Both the position numbers and the translations under genes were made by a program. A stretch of 63,945 nucleotides of DNA, the filler included, from Sphacelaria rigidula (taxonomy: Eukaryota), in the NCBI GenBank assembly GCA_964200075.2. It is 3 parts of 3 records of this genome, joined end to end, with 100 filler letters (N's around TTAATTAATTAA, not from the genome) between each part and the next. Parts side by side here need not be neighbours in the genome. Positions count along the whole stretch, not along the records: positions 42,713 to 63,945 come from CAXNAA020000448.1; 2 more parts are not named here. One strand, written 5' to 3'. This document shows positions 61,490 to 63,945 of the stretch, piece by piece. Under the pieces are notes generated by a model that was given only the letters and a program-made list of their open reading frames with translations, was not told the DNA's origin and searched no databases. The first letter of the stretch is position 1. Each line of letters starts with the position of its first letter.

Positions 61490-62178
61490 GGGTAAGAGTG
61501 ACCTACCGCAAGGGCGGGCCAATATTAAGTACAGTAGTCTCGGGTTAGCCCGATATTTTCCCAACTGCGAGAACGTGTTTTTTGTCTCGCAGTTCTGTTC
61601 GTGTTAGTTTTCCGCCTTTTCTACATCCCGAAAAATCCGTCATTCTTGAGCCAAAAGCAAATCGGTGTATTCAGTATGAATACGAGGTTTGTGTTGGCGG
61701 ATGACGAATTATAAGGGATGTACTCTGGTATATGCCGAAGTTGAAACAAGATGTAAGGAATCGCGTGTCCAAGGCGCACACGCCACAGAGGTGTTTCAAG
61801 CGAGCGAGACTGGTTTGGTGCAAGAGCACCAAAGAAGCAGGCAGTATCACTCGAGATCAATTGATCAGACAGCGACACTCCAGCGGTCTCAGTAGTACAG
61901 TAGTCCCTGGCACTCGATCGATTTTTGCCACCCGCCACACTATCGCTCAAGGGAGGGAGGCACCAGGGTGCGGATTATATGAATGAAGTGAAAGGGGGGC
62001 GTGGGGTAAGAGTGACCTACCGCAAGGGCGGGCCAATATTAACTACAGCAGTCTCGGGTTAGCCCGATATTTCCCCAACTGCGAGAACGTGTTTTTCGTC
62101 TCGGAGTTTTGTTTGTGTTCGTTTTCCGTCTTTTCGACATCCCAAATAATCCATAATTCTTGAGCCAAAAACAAACGG
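61490..62178 (+). repeat. ~175-bp direct repeat pair (61490-61665 and 62004-62178) downstream of YR
   Basis: Both start gggtaagagtgacctaccgcaagggcgggccaatattaa and stay alignable to ttcttgagccaaaa. Confidence 0.93.
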
Positions 62179-63416
62179 CTATTTTCCCGCTTATTTGCCG
62201 TTTACGGTCGCCACAACGACCACACCCCTTTCTCCCCGGAAATGGTTCCCGAGTCTCTCCGCATCGACACAATAACTGGACTCACAACTCACAACGCGTC
62301 GGTCTTTTGTGATACCGCGGTTTGGGAAATACCTTACTGTCCCGATCTCGGGGCTGGTGTCACCGTCAAGCTGGGCTCTTCCGTTACGAACGGGCGGTTG
62401 TCACCTCATCGATGGTTGGTTCAAGCAACGGATATGCCTTGAGACTGAACGCTGCACAGAAAGGCCGGACTACTACTGTACAGTTTGGTATTTCGTTTGA
62501 TCAGACCTCGTCGGATCGGAGTGCTTCGTGAATTTGAAGACGAGCACTGAGTTGCCGATTACCACGATGTGTCACAGTAGTAGGGTAGTTTACCGGAGTT
62601 GGGCTACAAATGTTCTTGGTCGACACATTTTACAAGTATCACTACCCCAAAACCGTAACCCCAACCCATCGCGAACCGAAACCCGCGGACAAGGGCGGCA
62701 CATAACATTCCCTTGGCAAAGTGTGGTCTTTGCAGACCCCAAATCAGCTCCTGTGGCGCCGGTTTCGACGAAAACTGCGCACGCGAGGAGCACACGGGAC
62801 CGTCAGCCGTACGTGAAATCCTATTCTCGTTGTGCACACTCTTATCAAGTAATATCAACGGAGGACATCTGTAGGCCAACGCTAGTTATCGCTACTGGCA
62901 CAACTCGCGATACATCGTCAGTTCGAACGAGCTGAAGGAAAGCGAGCTTCTTTGGCGGCCCAACCGCTACTACATTATGGTGACAGCGGAGAAGGAGGGA
63001 AGAAGATGGGGGTCATGATATTCGGGTTTATTGAGCAGTTTGAAGTACTCCCAAGGACAATCCACGCGGGCTCGGCGGGGTGTGCGTGCGTGCAGCGACT
63101 TACGCCCGTTAGAGTTCTGTTCATGTTTCTACAGTGAATGCCTGACCACCAGTACTGTATCCGGTGCTTGAACCAACAATCGATGAGGTGACAACCGCCC
63201 GTTCGTAACGGAAGGGCCCAGCTTGACGGTGACACCAGCCCCGAGATCGGAACAGTAAGGTGTTTCACAAACCGCGGTATCACGAAAGACCGACGCGTTG
63301 TAAGTTGTGAGTCCCGTTATTGTGTCGATGCAGATAGACTCGGGAACCATTTCCGGGGAGAAGGGGGCGTGGTCGTTGTGGCGACAGTAAACAGCAAATA
63401 AGCGGAAAAAGAGCCG
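62176..63416. repeat. ~259-bp inverted repeat pair (62176-62434 and 63158-63416) with a ~720-bp spacer
   Basis: ggggctggtgtcaccgtcaagctgggc..cttccgttacgaacgggcggttgtcacctcatcgat has its reverse complement at ~63180-63243. Track ORFs 62242..62442 (+) and 63129..63518 (-) give near-identical peptides. Confidence 0.93.
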
Positions 63417-63945
63417 AATGTGTGGGCGCCATGGTTGGAGTTGGCGCGTGGACTCTCTGGCACAGTGTAGAGAGCGATGGCCTAGCAGAGGTACGTTCTT
63501 GGCCGATCGGTGGCCCACATAAGGTACGATTGAAAAAGAATTCCTAGATCAGGTATACCTCGGCGAAATATGTCCCACACAAGGCAAGCGGTTTCTGGAG
63601 GCCATAGCTCTCGAGTAACATGTTTTTTATCCGTTTTTTTTAAGTCACGGGTGCCCATGGCCCCCCCGAACGATGTGCGTGACAACTCCGAAGCAAAAAC
63701 GGTGAAAATGGCGTGTTTGACTGTTTTCGCGTTTCTGGCCATTTTTCGTACCTTTACTAGGCAAAAAACGAGAAGGTATACCTTTTCTAGGCCATTGCCC
63801 ATGAAAAAATGGCCAAGTTGAAGCGAATAATCAAAGCCACTCTCAATCCACACCCAGTTTCCACCTCACGAAGACGTTGTTACAAGCGAAGAACAGTGGA
63901 TCCTAGATAATGGGGTTGATACAAAATATGGGGTTGAAGTGGCAT

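Larger units (their letters stand above)
56200..62178 (+). mobile_element. Tyrosine-recombinase retrotransposon (DIRS order, Ngaro-like), apparently 5'-truncated
   Basis: ORF1 (gag-like), RT-RNase H and YR in series on +. No protease, DDE integrase or recognisable methyltransferase domain. 3' direct repeats. Confidence 0.92.

Overview
Repeat-rich eukaryotic DNA, probably a stramenopile such as a brown alga (inferred from long TE-filled introns, microsatellites and the retroelement types; not proven). It consists of three contigs joined by two artificial 100-bp N-TTAATTAATTAA-N linkers (21260-21359, 42613-42712), so adjacency across those gaps is uncertain. (1) 1-21259 is a nest of decayed chromodomain-type Ty3/Gypsy elements and non-autonomous derivatives, with ~260-310 bp LTRs, 4-bp TSDs and a palindrome where the tRNA primer-binding site should be. 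(2) 21360-42612 holds the last five exons of a host gene not visible as one ORF in the track (21931-34243, +, ~367 aa recovered, amphipathic-repeat/coiled-coil protein). Its introns contain hAT-type MITEs and an LTR element; a tandem MITE and a decayed Ty1/Copia element (-) follow. (3) 42713-63945 holds a large decayed Ty3/Gypsy element (-), whose integrase ends in a chromodomain plus a PWWP/Tudor-like module, and a nearly intact tyrosine-recombinase retrotransposon (DIRS order, Ngaro-like, +) with 3' direct and inverted repeats. I recognised no rRNA, tRNA or CRISPR. Best leads: the covarying palindromic PBS (possible tRNA-independent priming), the two-reader integrase, and the perilipin/LEA-like host gene with an array of duplicated splice donors. 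All coordinates and alignments were read by eye; no searches were run.
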